NCBI GenBank assembly: GCA_051362555.1
Contig: CM120642.1
Span: forward strand, 20,088,001-20,152,000
Reading direction: 5' to 3'
DNA from: Lingula anatina
Lineage: Eukaryota; Animalia; Brachiopoda
Length of the DNA stretch: 64,000 nt
Under the pieces are notes generated by a model, which saw only the letters and a program-made list of their open reading frames with translations, had not been told where the DNA came from and searched no databases. Each line of letters opens with the position of its first letter. The stretch's first letter is position 1. Of this stretch, positions 1 to 12,551 are shown one piece after another. The translations under genes and the position numbers were made by a program.

Positions 1-926
1 ACCAGATACCTCATACTACAAGCATGACTCGATTCAAAAAATGCTTCTCATCAAAGTCAATTCATCTGAAAATGACACTGTATTTACATAATTTATAGCT
101 TTTTTAGTTCTTTTATCCCATTTGCAAATTTTACTTTGGGAGAAAACCGGCTGCGTAGATCAGTTGTAAATTAATCATAATGCTTTTAAGGGAAATTCCA
201 TTTTTTCAAAGCTTTAAAGCAGCTCTGCTTAATTCACTAGTAATCATCAAATAATGCTGGGATAATGCTAAATCATAAAACGCTCATATATTTTTCATTG
301 TTTCCCTCTAGAAAAGGACATTGCTCTTTTACTGAAAGCTTTTTGGTTGGATTGGATTATTTCGTTGATTGTGAATAATGAATTATTTATATCAACATTT
401 GTCATAAATGCGTTTACTGCAACCGGGTAGTCCCTGGGTTTCATACGTACACCGCGGAACATGTACTAATATATTTTAAGAACATTGCGAGGCATTGGAA
501 TTTCTCGACGAAAGTACATGTGACACCGTCACCGACAACAACATCTTCAAAAATGATGGAAGTGTCAAGACGGTAGCTTATCAAATATACAGTGTGTGTG
601 TGTGTGTGCGTGTGTGCGTGCGTGTGTGTGGTATTAGGTGTGTAGTACAACAGCTGAAACCATCACATGAGACTTTTAAAATATAGTTTACGGAATAAAC
701 CCAGAAGAAACCACTGTACACAATTAAATCATTCGTCCGAATTTATTGACTAAAGATTATTTTCGTCAGAAGTATATCGAAATTTGTAAACATCATTTCT
801 TTTCAAGTTTACGTTTTTCTTTAAGCGCTACGTAGGCCGAAGAAGTTTCAATATGAAGTCTAGATCCTGATTTCTACTGGTATTTCCCGGCTCTGCCTGC
901 AGTCCGCGCCTGGTTCGATTGTGTTT

Positions 927-1743
927 CTACACACACGTGTACGTATTAATGCCATCTACACAAAGAGTTCCCGGGGCACAGTCGTTGACGAGACAGTCAT
1001 CATCATCTGGAAGAAAAAAGAATTAATTTGGAGAGCACATTCTGCATACACGTTCATAAATTCTGCTATTAAATAATGTCATTTATCTATAATTCCAATT
1101 AATTAACTTAGCGTGTTTTGGGTCAATCAACAAGATTCACAGTGACCATATGTGAAAAGACAAAAACAAGTGTTAGATAAGAGGAAATTTTAAAGTACCC
1201 CTTGTGGTAGGTGAACTCAATCGACCGGTAGCACTACGTGCAGGGGCTTCGTTCTGATTAACTGCTTCAGTGGCAATAAATGATTGTTTTTTTTTTTTCA
1301 CAACAACAGCAATTTGCTTGCTTTGACCCGTTTCTGGTGTTTTCACTTTGTCAATATCAAATCATAATTATTGTACGAATTAGTACTAGTCCAGTTTCAG
1401 TTTTGGATACATATAATCTGAAAGCTGAGTCATGGAATAATCTGATTAATTTCGCACCAGTTTACAGGAACTTACTTCACTCTTTAATGCGGGTGCATAT
1501 TATTCCTCACTTAGGACTAAGCCATAGCACCGTTTATACTACATGTATTACCAAGAGGTGAAAGTTTACTTTTACTCCTAATAATGATTTATTAAAATTA
1601 AACAAGTTGATTCAGTAATGGGGGTTCACAGCCTATGAAAATTACGAGCTTATCCAAGATCCCAAATGGGGGTGGGGAGCGAAGACCCCGATCCTCGTTC
1701 TGATGCATGCTTTTATGCGCTATTAGCTTAACATTTACCCAGT

Positions 1744-1778
<35 letters not shown>

Positions 1779-2863
1779 AAGTTTGAAAGGGACACAAGGT
1801 TCATGTTCCCCTTTAATTTTTTTAAGTTGCCATTTTGGGGCAAGCTCTATTCATGAAAGGAGCTTCCCCATTTTTAGGAGCTTCCCCAATTTTAAGAGGA
1901 AGGGTTAGGTTCATCTGCCACATGGAAAAAGAACCCCACTGTACCGGTGGTTACCACACTTTACACACAAAACACGTTCTCCATTTTAGCCTCACCTCGG
2001 AAATACAGATACAGGCTCTTGCCTGGTTCGGGGTAGTTACAGCCAGGGTCGTAGATGTTATCCGGCCCCAGAATGTTATCCCTACCACTGGAGGTGCCGC
2101 CACTACACAAACTATGCCCCATCTGTAGAGTGGTATAACAGTCACACTGGTCGTCGTCCAGCATCAGCGACTTGATACCATTCTGGTCGCGGTACATGAA
2201 GCTGTCTTGGGCGTACGTTCCGTAGTTTGTACTGCCTGGCGGGGATCAAAGGAAGTAACACGAGGTGTAAGTATAGGTTGGGTTTAAAGTGTTATTCATA
2301 AAAGGTTTACATTAAAATGTACGTTTTTTTTTTCTTAAATCCATTGAATCTTGTATCGATCCAATCTCAATGGGCAGAGAAAACTGGTAACCCATTATCA
2401 TTGAACCCTATTCAAGCTATTTTCTTTCTGTGAGATGCACGCGTATTATTAGATAATAAAAAACAATAAAAAGATAAAAGAGTAGCTGCAATTTCCTTCA
2501 CTAGTTCAGAAAACGAACTTGATCGTATTCAAAGATTGGGAATTCAAAGATATACAGAAAATTTGTAGGGGAGACCGGGGCTAGTTGGACCCCGGGGTAA
2601 GTTTGCCCCCCATCAAGTCTCTAATAAATTTACTTAAATATGCTAAATTATTTCATTTGGACTCACTGCCGACGCTTTCTTAGCACTATTGGATACGGTC
2701 ACTTTACAAAATGATGTGATCAATTCTTTTACCCCATAGTTACTTTGTCATAAATTGATGGGGGGCCAACTTACCCCGGGGTCCAACTAGCCCGGTCTCC
2801 CCTAAATAACGTAGGTAGTTATTTCAGGAGATGATACATGTATGATAGATAAAGTGTGTGCGA

Positions 2864-2913
<50 letters not shown>

Positions 2914-5900
2914 GAGAGAGAACGAAGAAGTGGCTCACCTGAGTTCCAATACGGTACCCAGTTGTTCTGATCTCTCAGCACGTTATACGCGTATTCAGTG
3001 CGCTCAGTCAGTGTCGTCCAGACAGCATGGGCTATGTTGTTATTGGGATCGAAAGCCCAACTGGCGGGTAAAGAAAAATAATATATAAACTATAATCACA
3101 AAATTAAAGTATGTTGTTTGTAAAAATCTCTTTATATATATAATTTAGGTAAACGGAAAAATCAGTGTGAAAAAATCAATCAACTTATTAATTAATACAT
3201 GCATATCGATACATACATGTACTTGGTCCCCTGACCATCGATGGCCAACAACTCCTGTTCGGACTCGGTTAGTCCAGAGGGCAATCGCGACAAGCAGACA
3301 GCTTGGTCGGGAGTGCAAGTCCCGTAGTCATCTAAAACGAAAGGTTGAGTTTTCAGAGTAGGCATGGATAAAATGTATATCAAATTACGCTACATAAATA
3401 ACGCTGTTTTTCGAAATGTTCTTGATGTGTGCATCTAGATGTGATCCGTATGCTAAATGGAGCAGTCATTTTGAAAATAGCAAAATTTTTTGTAAAACAG
3501 AAAATAATCAGCATCGACTAAGTATAGGCTCGAAATTCTTGCGAGCTGCTAAGATTAGTCCGTCATTGTATCATTATGCTATTCCAATAAATATTGACCG
3601 ACCTTTCTTACTTATTGGCAGATCACATTAACATTAAATTAGTTACAGAATCAATAATCAATATCACAGGCCGAGCCAGGATATAGAAAATTGAGGTAAT
3701 TCTTTCAAACATATTTGAGTAACAGCCCGATATGTACAGTATAGCGCCATCCAGGGATTTTGTAAATATACTGACACAGAAATGTGAACAACAAAAGCAT
3801 GTGAAACTTAGTGTACCTTCAAGTATTCATAAAAATTGATTAGATGTATGGGCAGGGTATAGGTTTAAGTTCTAATAAATGTGAAGATTTTATTCATCCA
3901 GCAGGAAAAAAAAACAACAGGAACATACCTTAAATTAATCGAGTAAAATTAGTAAAATTACATACAAAAAGGTTTTAGAGTGAGGCCGCAACGTCAGTTT
4001 TAAAAAGCTTGAATTATACCGAGTAAGTTGTAGCAATTAATTGAGATATATATTCCTGTTTCAAAAGAACTATTCATGCACAGTGTTGTGATCTCGCTGG
4101 TCATATTATAGGAAAGAAAACTTATGCGTATTATTAATTTTATTACCCTGTAAGACATCAGTGTATCCAGAAGGCCAGGAGGCTCCAGCTTCCCACCACC
4201 AAAACAAACGGAACCGCTTGTTGTTCTCAGTGGCAACGGCATCTGAAATATAATGGAAACTGTACAGTTTCGACAATGCGGTATTGGATATCAATTGTAA
4301 GTGAAATCCTATGTAGACCAGTGTGTGATCCGTATCCCCTCCCCCCCCCCCCCCACACACACACACACAAGCATTTTCACTGTTTTTACTGTTTACTTTT
4401 TTAATACAACGACGCAGTCACAGAGCATTTCATTCCCGATGTTTATTTTATCCTATGTCAAAAAAGCTCCCTTGATCTAGGTAGGTTGCATACATGTACA
4501 ATTTACCACATTTGGGTCATCCCCTCTCGAACGGTCTAATATATGACGTTTTTTGCTCATCAGAGATCGATTTGGTTACTTTTTTTTTCAAATTTGTCTC
4601 CTAGGACATTGTCTTAAAATCTATTAACAGATAACTGGAGCATTAACTGTTTCATTGTCTCTTTGTCACTATTTTACACTAATTGAATTTAAGTCACATG
4701 TCAGGTGTTCCATGTGGTGTTTTATTTAAAGTTAAAGTGAGTACAGACGGTGTTCAGGATATCTGATAATAGAAGACGAATAGCAAGACGAAAAACAAAT
4801 AATGTATGTATTTAAACAAAAATTTAGTGTTGATTTTTCTGTACATTTTTGCTTAATCGTTCATCTTTGCATCGATTTTTTTAACAGTCTCGTTGGATTG
4901 CTTTGCATTTTATGCTCTCCTTTTGTGTGTTTTACTGCAACGATTACATCTATTACCCAAAACGAATGAAAGTACATTGTAAACACTCTATGTTGGATAT
5001 TTAAGCAGTTGCCTTAGGTTTTTGTTTGTAATTACTTAGGACTTAACTAGACCGACAATCAAGTAAATATAAATTACTGTTGAAAGCATGTCCCACGGAA
5101 AACGTTTTAATCTCTGTATTTGACTTGGAACGTCAACTCTGTCTAGTTAAATATCGAGCTCAACGTCGTAAATTAAGTTTCTATCAGTCAGCTAACTTTA
5201 TCGGATATTTAACCATATGTACAAAAATAACAATGGTAAATTCACAATACAACGACAACGTTTGACGTATTTGCAACGTACAATGACATCAGCACGATCA
5301 ATGGCTGGACAAGAAAAACAACGACATTGTTGAGAATTAAACCACAACAACTTATTCAACGTAAATGAAAAACTAATAAAACAAATAAAAGTAAAAGTAA
5401 ACGAATACTACAAACATCAGCAAAAAAGGAAGTCATACCGGTAAAAATAACAAAAACGTCACTATGTATCGCAATTTAACTGAACTTAATACAGGAAAAT
5501 TAAATCCTAACACACACTCACACGAGTCGCAGTGCGTGGGGTCTGCGTTCGCTCCACATGCACAGCTGGGGACTAGGACGTCACCCTGGCACGCGTACGA
5601 GCACGAGCCACTGCGCCCGCACACGCCTCTTGCACACGGATTCTCTAAACGCTGCAAGGAGGATAGTACGGCAAATCAAACAAATATTCCAATCCGGCAA
5701 AAATAAAAATCCTTTAGGATGGGTCCTCTTCCCTGTTAATTCTTTATTTATTTATTTTTGTAATGAATTTGCACTATGTAATGACGCAGTCTTACTTTAC
5801 ATTTGACGATTTTTTTCGAGCAGGATTTATACATTAAAATTCTGTGAACGCTCAGGTTACGTTCACTGTTCAAAGGGTCTCTGAAATACTCCGTCAGAAT

Positions 5901-6705
5901 AATCTATTCATCAGGATTACCCGATAAGCTTTATTTCCCTTCTGGAAACTACCCTTAAAGAATTGCTGTACAACTATCAACAAACACGAACAAAGTGAAG
6001 CTGGAAGGTTAGATTTCTTAATGAATAAAACAACAAGTTTCCCTAACATGTTTTTCTTTTTTCACAATCATCATCCTGTATTCAAATGCACATGTAATAT
6101 ACTTACAGTGAAATTCTCCCTGGAGTAATGGTGCCAACCCATCAAACAGCTCGGAGTTGTACCGCCCGGGCTTGAAGGCGCGTGAAGTTCACACGTGCCG
6201 TTTTCCTGGCGATAGTTCACGCTGTAACACTCAGAATTACCTACACGAAAATGTGTTCGACTTTAAAAAGTGCTCAAGACACGTTCCGCATCATGATTAA
6301 TAAAGCATATTTAATGAACTGCTGCTATTCCTAATTGTGATCCTTAACACCACTATTAACGCCAAGTTAACGCATTTTGCTGTTGAAAAAGACAAACCAT
6401 GCATGTGAATACGTGTTTACGCATGCGAAATCAACCAATGAATCCTATTAAAGCAGACCTAACTCCAAAAATTTTAGCTAATGAGGCGCCAACTCTAAAA
6501 TAAATGTATAAACTTTAATTTACGTACTGAGGCATGACGAGGCGCACTGCCCGGCGCTTACGTTGGCCTTGGTGGTAAGAACCGTCAACGGATCGTCAAG
6601 GAAACGATTAAAATCACCATTGAAGTAGACACCACTGGTGTCAAAGCTTCCGTGGACAGCAACTGGGATCAAAACCGACAGAAACCACAGAACGTTCCTT
6701 CCCAT
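927..6705 (-). CDS. Secreted multidomain protein: signal peptide + PAN/apple domain + EGF-like + ~170-aa uncharacterised Trp/Cys/Asp-rich domain + terminal (truncated) Ca-binding-type EGF
   Basis: Eight phase-compatible GT-AG exons: 6705-6528 (MGRNVLWFLSVLIPVAVHGS...CASSCL), 6240-6107 (SNSECYSVNYRQENGTCEL, PAN pattern), 5651-5522 (NPCARGVCGRSGSCSYAC...CACG...HCD, EGF-like), 4242-4147 (FRLFWWWEAGASWP), 3331-~3223/3217 (DYGTC...CLSRLP), 3060-2939 (WAFDPNNNIAHAVW), 2235-1996 (QDSFMYRDQNGIKSLMLDDDQCDC...LYLYFR), 1006-927 (DDDCLVNDCAPGTLCVDGINTYTCV*). Confidence 0.85.
2568..2802. mobile_element. MITE with long TIRs and TA target-site duplication (Tc1/mariner-pogo-like non-autonomous element)
   Basis: Left end GGGGAGACCGGGGCTAGTTGGACCCCGGGGTAAGTT is the inverted repeat of the right end AACTTACCCCGGGGTCCAACTAGCCCGGTCTCCCC. 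Flanked by TA at 2566-2567 and 2803-2804. Intronic. Confidence 0.85.
2864..2920. repeat. Compound (TG)n/(GA)n microsatellite
   Basis: Directly visible dinucleotide runs. Other microsatellites: (TG)n ~592-630 and ~1745-1775, (TAT)n ~35601-35650, (TAA)n ~53694-53742. Confidence 0.95.
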
Positions 6706-9700
6706 TTTGATTTCGCTCTTTGACTGGAGAAAAATCAGCGGGGAGTTTCGTGCCTTAATGTATGCATCGATTTCGGATGCTCTATTGTGCTACTTCTCCG
6801 ACTGGCTATGGCTTGCTTTTCATTTAAATTTTAGCATATCAAACAACATCGACCGTATGGACTGAAATACAGAGGGTATTTCATTATCAGAAGTGGGGTT
6901 TTCAATGGCAATATAGATTATTGAATATCTTGACTGATGTTTTAAAGAATCCTTACAAAGGCGAACCTGTAACAATTCATTAAGGATTGAATCCTTGCAG
7001 AAAGGTTCTCAATTGAATAATGTTATTGTACCTGTATATCACATTATAAGTTCGTGCACTCTCATTGGCTAAAACTGTCACTTGATATGTCAGTAATATT
7101 ATGTGGAAAGGTCATGCACGCCCTCCCCCCCCCCCCCCCCCACCACCCCCCGATGCTCTGAAGCACAGAATACCGATATAAAACCGAAAATCTTTGAGCA
7201 AACATGAAAACATTTTATCATAATTCGAATTAATAGAAGTTAATTTAATGCCATTATACAGTAAATTATAGTGTAATATAAGAAATGGGCTAATGCTCTC
7301 AAAAACTGTACCGTTACGGGTTGTGGATAATTTCATTAGGAGACATTGTCCTCTAGAGAGTACATCTGGTCATACCTGTACATGTATATAAAGAACATCG
7401 AATTGATGAACCTTAACTCGTACTCTGAAACTTCTAGCATTAAAGAGATATTGTTAATACTCAAACATCGTTCTAGTGGCATAGTTGTAGTGTAGGTTTA
7501 CTCTGTAAAGAAAAGATACACATCCTGTGTTTATCTATACACGCAGAATCAGAATCTTTCTACTGTAGACTTGTAATGAATAAAGTTATGTTTTGGGGGT
7601 ATAATGAACAAACACTCAATATTACATTTTTAACTTCCATTAGTAGATAAAGTCACGCCAGAGAAAAAGTTTACATAAACTATGTAACCCTAGTAGAGGG
7701 TACATACAGCGTTATTACATGTAGTATAATTTTGGAAGGAGTTGAAAATGACTACTTCCTTCATTAACTGTTACTCATTCGTCATTTTTTTTTCTCGTGA
7801 TATATATTTATACATCATCATTTTCGTGTACTGCACTCCTTTCGCTTTCTGCAAATACCAGTATTGACAGTGCTGAGTATAAACAGAGCTGCGCGCGTGG
7901 TGGTCACGTCATATACTAAATATAGTCATTCGCCAGCCCACGTGTCCCCATTGTGCTGGCAATGCAAAATATCGGTATCGATTGTTAGTCTATGTTGGCA
8001 TTTCGACATAAATAGAATGGGTCAACATTCACTCCGTCATAAGCTTACAGCGTTGTTATCCGGATTTTGTGCCCTATATACATCTGAATAGGAGACTGTG
8101 TGATTTAGGAGGTGGGCTGACGGAGGTGAGGCCGAGATCTACCTACATACCAGTATATACAGTAGGTAGGTGTCTGTACAATGTAGCTGCAGAGTCTGTG
8201 TGCAGGTAAATATACAGGTATATGTATAGGTACGTCTATAGCTTGGTTTACATCCCTGTTGATTTGACGAAAACTGAAGTATATATATATATACAGTGTA
8301 CATAGTTGTATATATGCCCATCTACATGTTTGTAGTTTATCAGCTGTACTGCATTCATAATGTTTAGATGTACCTGGCGTGTGTGCTCGTATGTCGACCT
8401 CGTGGACGATTTTCTGGTGTTACATGTACACTGCAATATCCAAGAGGGTCTTGATGGATATGAAGAATGTACATGCACAAACACACGAACACGTACGCAA
8501 AGGCTCAGAGAAAAATATGTTGTAAACCGTCTAAAATGACTTTAACTTTAATTTAGAACTGTACTGAATTTCAGTGTATCAATTTCCATTAACGAATTAA
8601 CTAATCTATGGGCTCCGACATGACTCCAGATTCGACTCAGTCTTTCACTTTACGTGCACAGAGAAGCATAACAGAACAACCTCACATCTTCAGTCTCAGA
8701 TCAAAAAGTGTCTTTATTCTGGACAAGCTTCAAGTTATATACAGATTATCTACAGGGAATCTATGTGTACATGTGGCTGCTACTTATTTACATACACGTA
8801 CATGTGGCTGCTACTTATTTACATACTTATTGTTGTGCAATATTAACAGGTGATATGCATCTGTCTCAAGCATAGGCCTACCTATGGGCCTTTACAGAAA
8901 ATACTATTTAAATGTATACAGGACAGACGCAAATTAGATAATAACATGTTGATTAACTATGACTACACAATGTGGAATTTATGCAGGATTCCACACGCCT
9001 TCCCCTCTTTATAAAAAATAATGGTACATTATTTTAAAATGACATCAACATGAACAACCTATATTCCCAGAATATAAAAATCCTTTTAATTAAACCCATT
9101 TAAACAGTTGTGCCAAACTTTAAATTTAATCTGTAATACTTGATCTGTAAACATGAATCCTACAAAACAAATTTTACCTTTTCATGAGGGTTAAAATCAA
9201 ACAACATATTGAAACTAGATACTCTCACAACGACCACAACAATGAAATAATGATGATTATTATGATAATAACGCCGTTTAAAATGGTACAAATTATACCC
9301 CATTCCATCCTTATAAATTTTATATAGGATACTTCATATAATTATATTTTATCAAATATATGTATTCAATTATTGTTACACCCCAATAATCATTTGGTTT
9401 AAACCTATTACACTTATAACCTAATATACATATGAATGAATGCTCCACTTATAACACGTCATATATCCTGTACAATACTCTGGAATAATACGCAGATCTT
9501 CAACAGATTTTGTTTTTCATTCTGTTAGGGTGTCCAGTTCACCCAACCTCTGCCGGGAAGACCTGGCAGAGTAACCGGATTAGTCGCCGGACTACTCGAC
9601 TCTTCTTCTGTAATATACACTTTTTCGCTGATTTAAAAAGTTCGGTATCCGGACTGTTTCGGGGTCTTGTGGTGTGGGTGTGGCAGTCTTTTCCTTCCCG

Positions 9701-10359
9701 GGCCGTCACGTATGAGTGAACTGTTGGATATCGACACTTAGTAAATCTAAGGCTTCGTTCACATGCAATTTAGAAAATAGACATTGCATGTGAATGAAGC
9801 CTAAACTTCTGTATTGCATCCTATGGATAGCTAGGCGTGTATGTTTTTCAAATGTGGTGGGGAGGGGTGATGATCTTCTTCCCCCAGGACTAAAATCTAT
9901 GAGCTTCCAGCATTCTGCTTGTGCTATAACACTGGCGGAGTGGTTTGGTATAGAAGGTGACGCGGATGAAAAAAATGTCGCTTTGCACGGCAGATATGCA
10001 CGTAGAATAATAGACGAGAGCATTTTTACTGCTAGGTGGGGAATGTGGGGGGGGGGGGGGGGAGGGGAGTAATTCCAAAACTAATATATGGGGGAGGAAA
10101 ACAAATGACTCGCTGTGTTTCTCCCACCCCAGGTCAACCTTTGTGTAATAAATTGAACGAATAGGTCTACATGTAGGCATACAACTAAGTGGCATGTAAT
10201 GTAGGCCTACGTTTTTATTGTGAGAGAAAAAAGAACACACAGTAAATGCAGCTTACACTTGATTGAATTCTGATCGAAAATAATCCGTCTACGTACACTT
10301 TTTTTACGTTATATTTCAGACTGAAAACTAAAGACTGATCCCTATAAACCTGTGCAAAA

Positions 10360-11166
10360 ATGTCGGCCGCCATTGAAGAAGAGCTGAAATGCCCCATCTG
10401 CTTCGAGATCGCCGAGAATGCAATGGAGACCAGCTGCTGTCATAAACTGTTCTGCCTCAAGTGTCTTGCCGGTGTCGGAGAGCGATCGTGCCCCAACTGT
10501 CGTCGTCCCTACCAAGCGATAGTGTCACACTTTGCTCGGCGTTTGATCAACACGATGCCGGTGGAGTGTCCACTAGGGTGTGGTCAAACGCCACTGACCA
10601 GGGGAGATCTCCCTGACCACAACAGATTATGTGTTAAAAGAGTGTTTCAGTGTCCGGCTCCGGATTGTGACTTTCAGGGCCCAAGGCAAACATTTGTTGC
10701 TCATTTATCTGACACCCACACGTCTGCGTTGATCGATCAAGCAGAAAAACTTTTTGAGACACCGGGACAAAATATTGAATCCCTAGATCGCGTTGCTAGG
10801 ACAACAAATAGTAATGGCGACGCAGCTCGTCTTGGGGAAACGGGTAAATATTACTGTAGTCAGCCGTTAAATGGTAGCTGCAGCTGCTGTAACGGTTTCT
10901 GTGGCCCTACCAATGGCTGCAACTGCACTCCTTGTATGAAACTCGACGTTAGCCGTCGCCGGCTTCCCCACGGCTGGCTGGTAAATAGGAAAGGTTTTTC
11001 GGCTAGGGTGGGACCAGAAACAGGGCGATTCTACTGCGGACGAAAAGTTATGCCTGTAAACTCGAGTTGTGACGGATACTGCGGACCAACGAATGGTCCG
11101 AACTGCGAAGCCTGTAGGAAACTTGACCGCCAGGCCAGGGATCGGTATATGGACGTGTGGGAGTAA
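10360..11166 (+). CDS. RING-finger (C3HC4-type) putative E3 ubiquitin ligase with TRAF/SIAH-type zinc fingers and two C-terminal Cys-rich repeats (268 aa)
   Basis: Uninterrupted ORF. RING: CPIC...CCHKLFCLKC...CPNC. Zinc fingers: CPLGC...DH..LC and CPAPDC...H...H. Two repeats: GKYYC...CCNGFCGPTNGCNCTPCMKLD and GRFYCG...CDGYCGPTNGPNCEACRKLD. An acceptor (atatttcag ending 10319) 40 nt upstream of the ATG suggests a 5'-UTR intron. AATAAA at ~11465. Confidence 0.92.
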   Translation: MSAAIEEELKCPICFEIAENAMETSCCHKLFCLKCLAGVGERSCPNCRRPYQAIVSHFARRLINTMPVECPLGCGQTPLTRGDLPDHNRLCVKRVFQCPAPDCDFQGPRQTFVAHLSDTHTSALIDQAEKLFETPGQNIESLDRVARTTNSNGDAARLGETGKYYCSQPLNGSCSCCNGFCGPTNGCNCTPCMKLDVSRRRLPHGWLVNRKGFSARVGPETGRFYCGRKVMPVNSSCDGYCGPTNGPNCEACRKLDRQARDRYMDVWE

Positions 11167-12276
11167 TCTCAATCTCTGAGCCTATTGCAACTGTATGGCA
11201 CACTCTGCAAGAAGTTTATGACATGTAGAAACTTGTGAGGCTCATTAATATTAACAATCTGAATAGTGTCGCAGTGTGGTGAAGTTAGATAAATCTTTAT
11301 CTGTTATGAATATATATTATATGTATTATGATTGTGAATTCAACCTGAACACCAGCGTGATTTTTGATAAAAAATACTTTTAAAAGCATAGAAAATTAAT
11401 TTAGATATAGAAACCAAATTTTATGTTCAGTAGGCTTTACAAGATGTCTTAAAATATATGTACAATAAATAAATAGCAGTAGGATATAACACAAATGACT
11501 ACGGAAATACTAATTAAGGCATATTCAAGTAAAAAGTTTAAAAAACTAAGATTTCAATATATTGTTAAAATTTTGTAAATATAAAGCCCTGAATAAAACC
11601 TCTAAAATGTATGACAGCTTCTCCTTAAATAATTCCTGCGATTCGCTTTGTCTTTAAGAAATGAATAGAAAGCCTATTCCACTACAGTGCAGCTATGAGG
11701 TATGCTGTGTCACCATATGTTATAAGCTTATAGCTTTGGGAGTTTGGTAAAAACCTGTCATCAGATTACAGATCTCTTAGCTAGAACTACAACGTAGCAG
11801 GTGCAGAGATAAAAAATATATATTATAACTTGAAAATCATCCTGCAAAGCTACTAATCCTTCAAAATTCAGACCTTAAAAACCTTATAAGCCCCCATGAA
11901 TAAATTCAGTCGGTACTAGTTTCTTCTGAAATGTACAGGGAGACCTGGCGTTACCGTTCTAAATGACCGGCCATTAGATTAAAAATACAAAAAAAAAAAA
12001 AAAAAAAAAAAAAAAAACAATCAAATACAAGTACAAGGACGGGTCGAGCAATGGTTTGTGATACTAGAAATTTTATTTTTTCGCTTGGAAAATTCATTTA
12101 AATCCTGTATAGAGTATTTTTATTTGAAGAAAATGAGCATACATTGAAAGAGGGTGCCAGGCCTTCAAACCACTGATAATAAATATGCATTGTTTTTGCC
12201 ATAAATTTGTCTGGCCCCTTCACCAGTAAAAGTACACTTGAAGCAAAAATGTGTCACCTGAAAATAGGTCACAATC

Positions 12277-12443
12277 CAGGCCCGTAGCCAGCAATTTCAA
12301 AAGGGGGGTTCTTTTTCTGAAAAAGTGAACCTTTTCCCATAAAAACTTCATGTACCTAGATCAAATTTTACCCAGAGTGGTCCTTTTCCTAGCAATAAGG
12401 GCGGTTCTTTCGAAACCCCCGAACCCCCCTGGCTACGGGCCTG
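12277..12443. mobile_element. 167-bp MITE with 15-bp TIRs and 5-bp TSD (hAT-like termini)
   Basis: TIRs CAGGCCCGTAGCCAG / CTGGCTACGGGCCTG. CAATC is duplicated at 12272-12276 and 12444-12448. A second, right-truncated copy is at 55673-~55835. Confidence 0.85.
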
Positions 12444-12551
12444 CAATCGTGCCTTCAACCATATTGGTCTTTTTTCACGGAGCTACATGTACCCTTATCG
12501 AACGTGACCCATATTTGACGGATTTGTCACATGTAAACGTCCCTCGACAAG

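Noticed and set aside
10867-11172. Antisense ORFs over real exons (also 31891-32277, 56308-56517, 14533-14811)
   Set aside because: They are shadows of genuine coding sequence on the opposite strand.
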